NCBI GenBank assembly: GCA_030390025.1
Contig: JASTWF010000436.1
Span: 62,001-126,000, forward strand
Origin: Squalus acanthias
Taxonomy: Eukaryota
Length of the DNA: 64,000 nt
Direction: 5' to 3'
Part shown: one piece after another, positions 38,875 through 51,167 of the stretch
How the letters are laid out: every line of letters starts with the position of its first letter
How positions within the stretch are numbered: position 1 is the first letter of the stretch
Program-made: the position numbers and the translations under genes
Notes under the pieces: model-generated
Databases searched by the model: none
Seen by the model: the letters and a program-made list of their open reading frames with translations, nothing else
Told to the model about the DNA's origin: nothing

Positions 38875-40231
38875 GTAAGGACATGAGCAGCGATACTGAA
38901 CATCCATCAATAATAGCAACAATCACCCACAACTGTCTTGCTCTTTCTCTCTTTTTCTTTATACATCAGACAACACTTTTGTTATCTCTATACTGCAGAC
39001 TGTCTGTGACTGTTCCTCATTCTTTCTCTCTCTTTTAGTCCATTTCTGTTATCTTCTGACTCTTCCATAATCTGCACCCACCCCTCCTTGTATGCTTCTC
39101 ACACACTTGCTTTCTCTCTATATCTTTCCCATTGCTTCTTACTGTCTGTCTCCACTCTGTACCAACACCCCACACACACCGCACGGCCTCAGAGTTAGAT
39201 AACAAATGAATCCCTTTTCACAGTCTATCTGGGTTAGAGAATGGATAAATCTACATTCACCACCCACTCTCAGAAATCAGACTCTTTATTTGCCCGACTT
39301 GCTGTTGCTTCACACGTTGTTTCTGCTTTCTCATTGTTTTTCCCTTTCACTGTGGTGATGGAGTTGCTCGGTTTCTGAGCTGGAACTTTTGCTCTGTGCT
39401 GAACTATTTCCCTCGCAGTTTCAGTGTGTTGTTGTTTCTCTTGTCTCTTTGTTCAGGTGGGGAAGGAGGTGACGGGTCACTTTGGGATAATAGAGGAGGA
39501 GAGGGGATGTGTTGTGAGGAAAGGTCATTAAAATGCAGTGCAGTGGGGGGAAGGGTGAAAATAATGCCGCCTGGCGGTAAGGGTGAGTCTGAGGCTGGGC
39601 TCCTGAGGCGGGAATGGGCCGAAGTGCACTGGGAGCTGCAGGCAGGGAAGGTGGGGACGCTGGGCTTTGCCCAGAAAGCAAGAATCTGCAGCAAGAATGG
39701 AGGTTGCGACAGCTGGGGGAGGGGGGGGAGGTAACCCCAGGAAATCAGCCTAGAAATTGCTGTTGGTGATTAACAGGGTGAACAAATGTCTCCAGGGGAA
39801 CCTCCTACTATTGGTTTAGACACAGAGGGGTAGATTTCCAACCTGCCGCCCGGGTGTAAAACCGGAGAAGCCTCCAATGGGAATGAAAAGCGGGCAGTTT
39901 GTGTGACAGGCGGCTGATCCACAGCAGAAGGCTCACACCAGAGCGGCGCGGTGAAAATCTACCACAAATTGTTTAATAGATAACGGTGCTGCTCATTCAG
40001 GTCTTTCCATGGAAAGGTGCCTCCCTCAGGGGAACAGGTAGGATGATCCTAACGATCTGGAAATGTATTTCTGGTCGGTTACTGCGCTGATCCACTGCTG
40101 AGGGCAATTTCCAGATGCTGTAGCCCAACCTGTGCTGGTCCCAGTTGTTTAATAGAAAACCTTCAATTAGACAACCGGTTCATTAAAATCAGTTTTATTA
40201 GCTGCATATACACCGTTTCATATAATCATAT

Positions 40232-40717
40232 NNNNNNNNNNNNNNNNNNNNNNNNNNNNNNNNNNNNNNNNNNNNNNNNNNNNNNNNNNNNNNNNNNNNN
40301 NNNNNNNNNNNNNNNNNNNNNNNNNNNNNNNNNNNNNNNNNNNNNNNNNNNNNNNNNNNNNNNNNNNNNNNNNNNNNNNNNNNNNNNNNNNNNNNNNNNN
40401 NNNNNNNNNNNNNNNNNNNNNNNNNNNNNNNNNNNNNNNNNNNNNNNNNNNNNNNNNNNNNNNNNNNNNNNNNNNNNNNNNNNNNNNNNNNNNNNNNNNN
40501 NNNNNNNNNNNNNNNNNNNNNNNNNNNNNNNNNNNNNNNNNNNNNNNNNNNNNNNNNNNNNNNNNNNNNNNNNNNNNNNNNCTCGCNNNNNNNNNNNNNN
40601 NNNNNNNNNNNNNNNNNNNNNNNNNNNNNNNNNNNNNNNNNNNNNNNNNNNNNNNNNNNNNNNNNNNNNNNNNNNNNNNNNNNNNNNNNNNNNNNNNNNN
40701 NNNNNNNNNNNNNNNNN
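40232..40717. other. Assembly gap with a 5-bp island (40582-40586)
   Basis: Run of n inside the class I alpha3-TM intron. Confidence 1.
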
Positions 40718-41731
40718 CTATCTGGGTTTCTATCTCTCTATATATTTCTCTCGCGATTTCGATCTGAATATTTTGAAAATGTTGAGTGTAGTCAAGTTTC
40801 CAGAGCGCAGCTCCAATCCAACAACATTAGGTGACAGATTGAAAATGATAGGGTGCCGCCTATTGTTGAACGATACCACAAAGCTGCCTTTGCAGTATAT
40901 TGAGAGTTCGAATTAAAGAAACGGAGTATGTATGAAGTTACAGAATGGGACCACTGGGTGTCACTGTGGAGCAGTCAGGGTTTTGGAGACAGCAGTCATG
41001 TTGCTATCGTTAAGTAAAAGAAGGTAAACATTTAACTATCTGAATTAAATGTAAACTTTTATGTTGATAATTTGCTTATTTACAATTCTCATGAGCGGCA
41101 GTCTTGCACCTTGAGCTCCCTCTCATCACACGGAGCTGCGGGGACGGTCAGAAGCTCGATCCCGCAGCCCTGGGAGCTGGCACAGTGGCATCATCGATTC
41201 AACTGCCATTAATTACCCCTCATATTGCCCCTTTCACCAGTCCTGCAGACACAGGCCTCTGCTAGTTTTCTACATGGCGCCCCTTACACACCGATCCATG
41301 GGGGGTTGCGGGGGAGGGGACAGCTGGCTTTCCCTCTGTCTCGCTGGGCACCACGACCATAACCCTTTTCCATTGGCTTCCCAGCTGCACATTCCTATCG
41401 CTGGCCCAGCCCCGATCAGTCTGGAATCCATGCTTCACTCTTCACAGCCATTGCTCCTCCCCCCACCTACCCAGACACCTTTACAGCCTGACCACCTCTC
41501 GTTGACTAGAACCTGTGTTTATTCACAAAAAATGAACTATTGTGGTTTTAAAGAAACCTGGCTCCACCTTAGTGAAATACTACTTTGTGCATTACATGGT
41601 GTGGGTATACTGTTCTTAGAAAACAGCGCATCATCCTACTTACCATGAGCAGGGTCATAGGTTTCCACGGATTATATATACAAATGTCAATCCGCACATA
41701 TAATTATACAAACCTTGCTAATATTTTTCAG

Positions 41732-41839
41732 CTGGAAAAGTAGAGAAAGACAAGCATGTGGGGCTGATTGTCGTGTGTGTCCTGCTGTCGCTGGCTTTCG
41801 TTATAGTTTTAATCTATATGTGGAGGAGAAAACGAAGAG
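41732..41839 (+). CDS. MHC class I exon 5 (connecting peptide + transmembrane)
   Basis: ttttcag|..AGKVEKDKHVGLIVVCVLLSLAFVIVLIYMWRRKRR..G|gtaagt; phase 1-1; basic stop-transfer motif. Confidence 0.85.
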
Positions 41840-41951
41840 GTAAGTCGAGAGAATATGCTGCAGTCTTGTTTGTAAAAGTATGATACAGCGGCTTTACAGA
41901 AAATCTTTTGGCCGGCCCCAGGATTATATTGTGAATTTTAAATATCTGTTA

Positions 41952-42238
41952 TAAAAAAAAACTTGCATTTATATCGTGCGCCTTTCACGACCTCAGGACG
42001 TCCCAAAGCGCTTTACAACCAATGAAGTGCTTTCTTTATAAGTGTAGTCACTGTTGTAATGTAGGAAACGCGGCAGCCAAGTTGCGCACAGGGATCTTTT
42101 ACATCCACCTGAGAGGGCAGATTGGGTCTCGATTTAACGTCCCATCTAAAGACAGCACCTCCGACAGTGCAGCTCTCCCTCAGCACTGCACTGGTGTGTC
42201 AGTCTAGATTTTACTGCTCACGTCTCTGGAGTGGGATT
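41952..42238 (-). mobile_element. DeuSINE copy with internal deletion
   Basis: Reverse complement of the 59150-59598 family (cacctccgacagtgcagc; gcctttcacgacctcaggacgtcccaaagcgc). Confidence 0.8.
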
Positions 42239-42329
42239 AAATTGGTTAATTTGTTAACTTCTGTAAGAACAACTGGAATTTTATCGAGGGAAAGTTACTA
42301 ATGGAACTCTAAGTTTAATCACACGAGGT

Positions 42330-42940
42330 ACAGAACATAACAGCCAAGAAGTAAATATGAGCCTCTATAAAACCTTAAAACCGGAGTTAGAACACTGTGT
42401 GCAGTATAGAATTTCACGCGATAGGGGGGATATTGAGCTTCAGAGAAGCTACAAGGTGGATTCACTAGGATGCTGCCCGATAGAAGGAAACAAAAATACA
42501 AGGAAAGACTTGGAAAATGCGCAGTTTTATTAGAAAAAATGCATATTACGGGTGATATAATACAAGTGTTTAAAATGATGGAAGGATGGCTCAGGGTAGA
42601 TAGAAGCATACTGTTTCCAGTAGCTGAGGGTCAAGAATGAGGGATTATAGATACCAGGTTAAATGTTAGAGATTTAGAACAGAGGGCAGGAGACGATTCT
42701 TTTCACAGTGCGTTGTGAGGCTGTGGAATCCACATCTAGTGATAGATATTGAGGCAGGAACTATCTCAACATTTAAGATTAGAGATTAGATTGAGAAGGT
42801 GGACAAAGGGAAAAGGGGTTGAAGGGATATGAGAACAGGATGTATAAATGTGATTAGTAATATTTACTGGTGTGTAGATTAAATGCCGATACGCACTGGT
42901 TCGGCCAAAGGATCTCTTTCCATGTTGTAACTTCTACTTT
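42330..42940 (+). mobile_element. Old CR1 3' fragment
   Basis: Decayed ttcactaggatgctgcc..ttctttcacagtgcgttgtgaggctgtggaa. Confidence 0.65.
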
Positions 42941-43003
42941 ATTCGATATGCATGTGCCCCAAGTGTAGTGAAATTAAAATCCAGTTCTTTATGAACAAAT
43001 TTA

Positions 43004-43156
43004 AGGGGTGAAATTGGGCGATAACACAAAATAGCCACTAGTGAATCGGCTGCCATTTCATTGAAGTCAATAGAAAAGCCCATGGGGTAGGTGAGAAACT
43101 GGCTGGTAATTCGCTATCGCCATTTGGCGCTACCGCCTGAGCCCAATTTCACCCCA
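43004..43156. mobile_element. PIF/Harbinger-type MITE
   Basis: Perfect 15-bp TIR ggggtgaaattgggc/gcccaatttcacccc; TTA on both flanks (43001-43003, 43157-43159). Confidence 0.8.
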
Positions 43157-43333
43157 TTAAGTTTTGTAACAGGTGGCCCACACATGAAAACTTTCCCCAT
43201 GGTAACAGCATCAGCATCAACATGAATTTATGTTTGATTGATATGTTAAGATGGAAGCATACGTGCTAATAACCTTTATTACCAATACCATCGTATTATT
43301 ACAAGCGTTCTCTCTGAACATGTGTCTTTTCAG

Positions 43334-43407
43334 AACAAGGCAGACATTTCAAACACTTCCTTAAGCAGCACCGCCAACTCCTGCAAATCAAAAAAACCCA
43401 GGTTTAA
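43334..43407 (+). CDS. Candidate MHC class I cytoplasmic exon
   Basis: tgtcttttcag acceptor; phase-1 reading EQGRHFKHFLKQHRQLLQIKKTQV*; the phase-0 frame (NKADISNTSLSSTANS..) is also open. Confidence 0.4.
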
Positions 43408-44145
43408 GAAAGGAGGTCAGCATCACAGTCCATGGAAAGGGTCATTTCCTCTGGAATGTTTTAAAGGCGAACCTTAACTCCTAGTGGTGAACGAAAGGGG
43501 GCTGACAGGGCACAGATCCACATTAATTGTCTCAGTGACAATGCAAGTTTAATAACCTTCCTGATTCAGTATTGTAGCGAGTACTTTATCTTCCGATAGG
43601 CCACATTCACACTGCAGCCTGAGGATCCCTGAGGGATGGTTTGGCTTAACGCCAGATCTTTTAGTGTAAATCCAGACTCAGGACCCCACCTGACTACCAG
43701 GTGAAGTAGAGGGAGACTGCCTCCTCCAGAATATCCCTTCGCACCAAATCTAATGTTGTGATGTAAATGGTTTCCGAGTGGCATTAAGATAGAAGGTGGA
43801 AATATACTCAGAAGATCAAAAAGCAGACTGGAACTCCCAGGTGTTAAACACCTTCCGTCAGTTTTCATTTCCCGGAGTGCCCCATTAAGGCAAATATTGT
43901 CCGTCCCTACTGTGGTCATTGCACTTTCACAGGGGCAGGACAGGGTGGAGAGTCATTGGGTGTCATTTTCAGATTAGGAGATAGTATAAAACAATCGTCA
44001 TCGGATCAGCGACCCGTTACACAACTCTCCCAACTTTCCTTCCCATTGATCTCAAGGAAAGGACAATCGGGAGAGGTGTATAACAGATACCCGACCCGAT
44101 ATCGTCCATTTTACATTAACGCCAACAATTAAAATGACCTCCATT

Positions 44146-44335
44146 GGGGTATAAATTTGTCTTGCGCGGTAGTTCAAATCGGGAGAGAGTGTCCTGGCAG
44201 AAAAATGGGAGAGAGCCACTTGGTAGCAAATTGAGCGATAGCGACTTGGCAGCAAAACAGGAGAGAGCGACTTGGCAACTAAATGGGAGAGAGCAACTTG
44301 GAGGGAAATTGGGCGACAGCGACTTGGCAGCCGGG
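44146..44335 (+). repeat. Degenerate ~24-bp tandem repeat derived from a MITE arm
   Basis: aaatgggagagagcgacttggcagc-like units (~5) following a ggggtataaattt TIR-like start. Confidence 0.6.
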
Positions 44336-44709
44336 CAGTCCGGAGGGCAAACAGGTCTCTCCGGTTTCATCGCCTGTGGAACTGACTGGACCCTGCACAA
44401 CATTAACGGAACGATAAGGCTACCGGCCTCCAGGCGAAGGTAGTGAGAATCGACCGCTCTTTAGGCCCGCTACTCCTGTGCACTAAACTAACTGCCTCTG
44501 AGCTACCTATAAGGGGAAGAACCATGAAAAGAGAATGAACAAGTCACTTAATTCTCTGTACTGTGCTCTGCATCTTCATCTCGGGATTGTCTAACATATG
44601 GATTTCACTCCCTCGATTACAACGGTGTTTAACCAGAACCTGAGAGGGTCAAACGCGAGTCTTGCATTGGATCCAAGAACACACTGAAATAATCATCGTG
44701 AATCCTAGG

Positions 44710-45660
44710 AACATATGAACATAGGAATTGGAGGAGGCCATTTAGCCCCTGGAGCCTGCTCCGCCATTCAATGAGTTCCTGGCTGATCTGCGACCTAACT
44801 CCATATACCCACCTTTGACCCATATCTCTTAATACCTGTGGTTAACAGAAAGGTATCAAGCTACGATTTAATATTAACAATTACTCTTGCATCAATTGCC
44901 GTTTGCGGCACAGTGTTCCAAACTTCTAGCAGCCTTTGTGTGTAGACGTGTTTCCTAATTTCACTGCTGAAAGATCTGGCTCTATTTTTTAGATTATGCC
45001 CCCTAGTCCTAGAATTCCCAACCAGTGGAAATAGTTTTTCTCCATATACCCTATCTGTATCACTTAATACCTTGAAAAATTCGATCAGATCATCTCTTAA
45101 CCTTCTAAATTCTAGGGAATACAAACCTAATTTGTGTAATCTCTCCTCGTAACTTAACCCTTGAAGTCTGGGTATCATTCTGGTAAACCTATACTGCACT
45201 CCCTGCAAGGCCAATAAGTGCTTCCTAAGGTGTGTTGCCCAGAACTGCTCACAATACTCCAGGTGTGGTCTAACTAGGGTTTTGTATAGCTGCAGCATAA
45301 CTTCTACCCCTTGTATTTTAGTCCTCTAGGTATAAAGGCCAGCATCCCATTAGCCTTTTAGATTATTGTCTGTAACTGTTGATGACATTTTAATGATCTA
45401 CGTACCTGGACGCCAAAGTCTCTTTGGACCTCCACTGTTTGTAGCATTCGCTATTTAGAAAGTACCCTGATCTATCCTTTTTAGGTCAAAAGTGAATGAG
45501 CTCACATTTACCTACAATAAAATCCATTTGCCACAGTTTTGGCCGTTCACTTAATCTGTCGATATCCCTTTGTAATTTTATGCTTCCATCTACAATGCAT
45601 ACAATTTCACCTATCTTTGTGTCGTCGGCAAATTTGGATATACGTCTTTCTATGTATTCA
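44710..45660 (-). mobile_element. CR1 3' fragment
   Basis: LYKTLVRPHLEYCEQFW and KFADDTKIG. Confidence 0.9.
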
Positions 45661-46600
45661 TCTAAGTGCAATTGCTTTATTACTGAAACAACTCAATTTG
45701 CATAAACATTTCACCCCTGACTTATATTTCAGTCACTTCATCAAAATATTACTAACTTGTTTAACATTGAAGGAACATTGTCAAATCACATCTATAATTG
45801 CGCAAACTGGCGCTTTAGACATTACATAAAGGCGGCACGGAATAAAGGCACGCCAGGGATTTTAAAACATGTTTTGTTATTATTTATACCTTCCTAATTA
45901 GTACAATTGACTCCAACATTGGCCTCAGGTAGACACTCTCCACTTGTGAGTAGAAACAGTGCCTGCAAACACTGTTCAATTACTGGAAACACAGCCGAGC
46001 CCCATCCTGTCCATACACTCACATTTCACCAGCAGCATCGTCAACACAGTGGTCCGGAGCAGTTCCCGAGGCCACTTCTCCCTCTGTAACTGAAGGGAGC
46101 GAAGCCAGTGTAATACTCTGCTGCTAACCCTGTGGTTACAATGGGAATGAGAATAAGACGGTTTCTATCACCGGTGGACAATCTGCAACATCGGTTTCAG
46201 GCCCCTGCGGCAAGATGAAAATCTTCGCCAGAGTCAAGTTGAAAGTTACAATATCACACAAGTAAAAAGGGATTTAGGAAACCTTTTGCAGGGAACTCTC
46301 CACTTAGGCGTGGAGCAAATTGGGGAGAATTGGATCACCTGTTGTCTATAAACGCCATTGACCTCGCTCCCGCCAGAGGTGAAAGTTCTATCGACCGGGG
46401 GTGAAATTCACCTTCAGCAGCGGCGCAAAACGGGCGGCAGCAGGTCGGCCGCTGATTACACACCCTCCCGACTTTCCTCTCCATTAAACTATACCGAAAA
46501 TAACATCGTGTTGGGCGAATAACAGGCGGCTGATCGGCTGCTGCCCGTGTTGAATAATTAAGATGGAAGCGAGTTTGAATTCTTTGTAGTCAGCTCTGGT

Positions 46601-49600
46601 GGGCTGGATTTTGATTCAGGGGCGGGCTGGTGCCGTGTAATCCGCATTTCGTGTTAGCCAACCGAATCTAAATCGATGTGGGAGGTTGATGCGATTTTAA
46701 CATAATTGGCCAATTGAGTTCCAACGTGTGGGAACCCATGGCCAGTGAGTTTTTCCAGTCTGAAAGTCGCTTGCGATGACGTCTTCATTGCTGCAGCATG
46801 TAAGGTCTGCAACAAGCCTTGCTTCCTCTGCAGACTGCCAATCTTCTGCCTTTGCATGTTAGAGGCACCTGCAGGAAGAATGGCCAGCCAGAGACGTAGG
46901 TCTGCACCTCGATTTGATGACGTCGCCCTGCAAGCTTTAATTGAGGGAGACAGAGCTAATAAGGAGGTGCTGTCCCTTTCTTCAGGGAGGAAGAAGCCTT
47001 CCCATCAAACCAAGGCTGTGTGGATCCAGGTGGCAGAGTAGGTCAGCTCATTGTCCATAACCCGCAGAACCTGGCTTCAGTGCAGGAAGAGGTTTCATGA
47101 CCTGCTGCGCACTGGAAAAGTGAGTATGAATTTCCCATCACCCTCATTCTGATCCCCATTGCCTCTCCTCACCAGCACTCAGCTTTGACAACCTCTTCCT
47201 CCACATCCCACTTGACACTGATATCACTGCACCCTTACCCATTCCCTCTCTCTGTATGGTCACATTCTCCTAACTATTCGACTATGCAGCCCTCACACTC
47301 CCTATCGCTGTGTTGCGATGAAAACAACTTACAACACACAAGGAGGGCCCATGATCTTGCCACCTCACTCCGATTTGTCTCCTTCTAACCATCAATGATA
47401 TAGATTCTCTATACTCACTCCTTCATTCTCACTCAAACTCCACTTGTCTCCCTCATTGCAGGAAAAGAAAGCTCACAATAAGAGGGAAAGTGCGAGGACA
47501 GGAGGAGGGCCACCCTCAGTAGCCCAGCTCATCCCCTGGGAGGAGGCGGTCCTGGAGATCATGTGATTGGAGGAGCATGTGCAAGTGGGGGACGGACAGA
47601 CGGGTGCATCAGAGCAAGCTGGTGACAGAATAGTTCATCAACTGTCTCATTGACATTTCATGAGTCACTGATAAGGATTCTGATGCTCCAGCAGACTGAC
47701 TTCTGATCATCTGCAATATGCAATGTGCATGTAACCTTGGACTCACATCTCTGACACTTTCGTTTACTCCCCCCCAGGACCATCGCGAGCACCCATCCCC
47801 ACCATCCAGGAGGAAGAGCATGAGCCTCACGACTCCTCAGAGCTGCAACCTCTGAGGTCGCCGCGTCAGCAGAATTCAGCGCACCCAGCACCAGCGCAGA
47901 CACTCTCACCTCGGAGGGAACATCGCGAGATAGAGTAGTGTTGTCACCTGGTGTATCACAGCTCACAAGTGAGCATCAGCAGATAGTGGAGACAGGGACA
48001 GCAGTGGAGAGTCCTAGTCGGAGGGTGCAGGACTCTCCTAGCTCGGCTCAGCTGCTTGTCGACCTCTGCCTCTGGATCCATCCATAAGATCAGCGGTGCT
48101 GGAACTCCAGGAACAGATACAGGAGTCTCTGGCAGGTTTTGTTTCCAGGGTCGCTGCGAGTGTGGAACGAATGGAGGAGTCCATAGCAAACATGAGCAGA
48201 GATTTTGTGGTGTCATTGGCGCATGAACGCATTACCACGGAAAGGATGGCAACCTCCGTGGAAAGGATGGCTACAGTAGAGGAGAGGATGGCTACGGCTA
48301 TGGAGGAGATAAGTCGCCAGAGTGGAGAAAACATGGTCATTGTTCAGAATAGACTGGCATCTCTTGAGGAGCGATGGTCATCTATTGAACACAGAAACCA
48401 GACCGTCATGGAAGTCCTTCTGAGTAGGACTTCCAATGCAGATACGGGTCCCCATGGCCCCTCTGATGTGCAGCAAGGTGCTCTCAATCTACTTGCCAGC
48501 GCTTAGTTGGGGCTTACCCATGAGAGGGTTGTTGGTGGCAGACAACAAGGAAGCGGGGGCTCCTCTCCAAGCGTTCACACGACCAAGCCACTGCAAAACT
48601 CTCGGTCAGAGCCCCACCAGAGTCCTCACCCAATTGAGATCGGCGTCTCAACCCCTGCACAGCCACAGGAGCAGCAGACTGTTGCCGAGCCCTCACAGGC
48701 TCGCAACCCCAGAGGACGCCCGCCAAAGGTGTCGAGGCAGGAGCAGCAAGAAAGTGACCAGGGGGCCTCCACATCTGCTGAAGCCACAGGGGAAGCAGCA
48801 CGTAGGAGCACGCATAAAATAAAAATAATGCACAAGTAGTCACAAGGGTAGTTACTTGTGTGTAATGTTGTGTTTAATCTTGAAATGCCAGCACTTACTT
48901 GGTGTGATTAAAAATTCTGCTGGAAAACTGCTGAAGCTGTGGCGTCTCTCATTTCGCAAATGGGACTTCCACATTGAGGGCTTAGGATGACTTGCAATTG
49001 TCAGTATGGTGGTCAGAGTGATAGGAATCCGCAGGATCCTGGCCATTGTCGATGGCCTGATAAGAAGGTGAGAGGCAAAAGTGTTTGATTGTGCAGGCTA
49101 AGCAAATCTGGTCAAGTGCATCCCTTGCATCTCAGGCAGCAATGTGGTCGCGCGCTGGCGCCTTCTGGCCTGTGCAGCTTCAGGTGGGTGAGGAGCAGCT
49201 TGGCACGCCTGTTGATGCTGCTGCTGCTGGTGGTGCTGTTGTTCATGGTTCTGCTGCTGCCACGGCTAGTCTTCGTCCGAATCTGATGTCCAGGAGGAAA
49301 GGAAATAAATGGTTCCCATGCTTCTGGTATATGCCACAGTTGAGGAAGCACTCAGTCAAGGTGGCGAGAGGGGTTTCCCAGGAGGTCACACTGGAGATGG
49401 GTGTCAGGCTCCAAACTTCCACAGCTGTGGTTATGCCAGATAAAAGTTCCCCCAGACCTCAGACAACAAAGTCCTGCCAACTGCAAATGATGGCTGATAA
49501 CATCACCTATTTCATGGTTGAGCTGCAGCTGATAGTCAGCAATCCAAATGTGCTACCGCCAGGTTTCACATTCGTGTTCAGCACAGGCGTGCTTCACGTG

Positions 49601-49849
49601 GAAACATATTTTAAATCACAAAGCCCTTTCAAAATGGCATTAAAGAGGCAATTTAGTGCTTGTTAAGGGCCTTATTGGCCTATCCCACCTCTTGGAGGCG
49701 GGACAGAGTCGGAACCAGCAGACACGATGTAATGAAAATTGCGTGGAGGCCGGATGGAGGCGGGCTTCTGCCCGCCCACCAGTTTTCGCAATTTAAACCC
49801 CCCACACGCCTCCAAACCCGCCTCCACGGGTCAATGAAAATTCTGCGCA
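46601..49849 (+). mobile_element. Non-autonomous PIF/Harbinger transposon retaining its Myb/SANT-like gene
   Basis: Imperfect TIRs ggctggattttgatt / aatgaaaattctgcg; internal Myb-like pseudogene; no DDE transposase ORF visible. Confidence 0.6.
46880..48839 (+). pseudogene. Harbinger Myb/SANT-like (MSANTD/NAIF1-type) gene, 3 exons, disabled
   Basis: Exon 46880-47119 RSAPRFDD..W..VAE*..RTWLQCRKRFHDL; exon 47462-47621 EKKAHNKRESARTGGG; exon from 47778 with a coiled coil; stops at 47039, 47564 and 48504. Confidence 0.8.
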
Positions 49850-49859
49850 GACTTTTCAA

Positions 49860-51167
49860 TTATTTCCCTAACCTAATAATTAGAGACAAGGGATATTTAA
49901 ACTGATTCTTTTACTCCTCTCTGAATTTAGTCTGGGACACTGCATAAATAATGGTATTTGTGCAGAAACTCAAATGTTAAAGCTTATATCCAGTTTGTTC
50001 CATGATTCTGAAAGGAATACTGTACTGTAATCTGTGTGCAAATATTGAATAACAATAATTTACACATATATATATATTGAATAAAACTTACCATCCATAA
50101 CAGGATAAAACTGCTAGATTTGGTCAGCAGTAAAACGATGGATTTCCTTCGTTTGTCCATTTCTGGCTCACTGTCGCTGCTCCGGAGACCCCTCCTGATT
50201 CTACTTGTCAGTAGAATTTGCCTGATGATCAGACCATTGAATATCAGAATCAAAAGAAAATGAATTAAAGGCATTAAAACTATGTCAAGCCATAAGAATG
50301 TGACCCATACAGGTAGAGTATAGAGGTTTGATTTTTTTTAATCGTGTTGTGGAATGTGGGCGTCGCTGGCAAGGCCAGCATTTATTGCCCATCCCTAATT
50401 GCCCTGGAGAAGGTAATGTTGAGACGCCTTCTTGAACCGCTACGATCCGTCTGGTGAAGGAACTCCCACAGTGCTGTTAGGGACGGAGTTCCAGGATTTT
50501 GACCCAGCGACGATGAAGGATCGGAGATATACTTCTAAGTCAGGATGGTGAGTGACTTGGAGGGGAAAGTAGAGGTGGTGGTGTTCCCACCCGCCTGCTG
50601 CCCTTGTCCTTCTAGGTGGAAGAGGTCGCGGGTTTGGGAGGTGCTGCCGAAGAAGCCTTAGTGAGTTGCTGCAGTGCATCTTATAAATGGTACACACTGC
50701 AGCCATGGTACGCCGGTGGTGGAGGTTGTGAATGTTTAAGGTGGTTCACAGAACCACGGTATATTGTCAATTATTGCGCGTGATTGTAAACTAAAGTACA
50801 TTAGGACATTTTCCAAAATGCATAGCCCCCATATCGTTGCTACAACCACTGCCGCAGTTTTTTCGGTGTAATATTGGGTTCTTATACTTTGTCAACAAAT
50901 GGCGACAAATCGATCAAAGGTGAAAGCGACAGTTAACCAGACAGCACATTCAGGAGAAGAAAAAATTAGGAAGAAATTCAGCCTGCAGACCGGAGTGTAC
51001 TTCAGGAATGATTTCGATAAATAACTTGCTTTCATCTCATACAGGACCCCGCCAAATATCAGGACCAGTAAGTAGATCGTCTGCTGCCATGGCCACCAGA
51101 TAAATAGTGATGCATTCGGAGAGGCCGCACTTTCCACGGGATAGAATCACAATTGTCACCAAGTTGG
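49860..51167 (-). pseudogene. GPR139-like GPCR pseudogene (main exon), interrupted by a LINE
   Basis: cag|(A)NLVTIVILSRGKCGLSECITIYLVAMAADDLL; CAVWLTVAFTFDRFVAIC*; FNGLIIRQIL..RRKSIVLL; CTNTIIYAVSQTKFREE*; frameshifts and stops. Confidence 0.88.
50338..50744 (-). mobile_element. LINE 3' fragment inserted in the GPCR pseudogene
   Basis: Splits ...DNIPWFCE | KSNLYTLPVW...; same family as 3838-4136. Confidence 0.8.

Noticed and set aside
38875-39038. Alpha3 read-through giving a hydrophobic tail
   Set aside because: A strong GTAAGG donor and a proper TM exon exist downstream; the hydrophobicity comes from CT-rich low complexity.
31314-41839. MHC class II or W-category assignment
   Set aside because: Three extracellular exons (alpha1, alpha2, alpha3) in a single chain is class I organisation.
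49085-49666. 193-aa + strand ORF
   Set aside because: No recognisable domain; it lies within the Harbinger element and includes a (GCT)n-like low-complexity tract.
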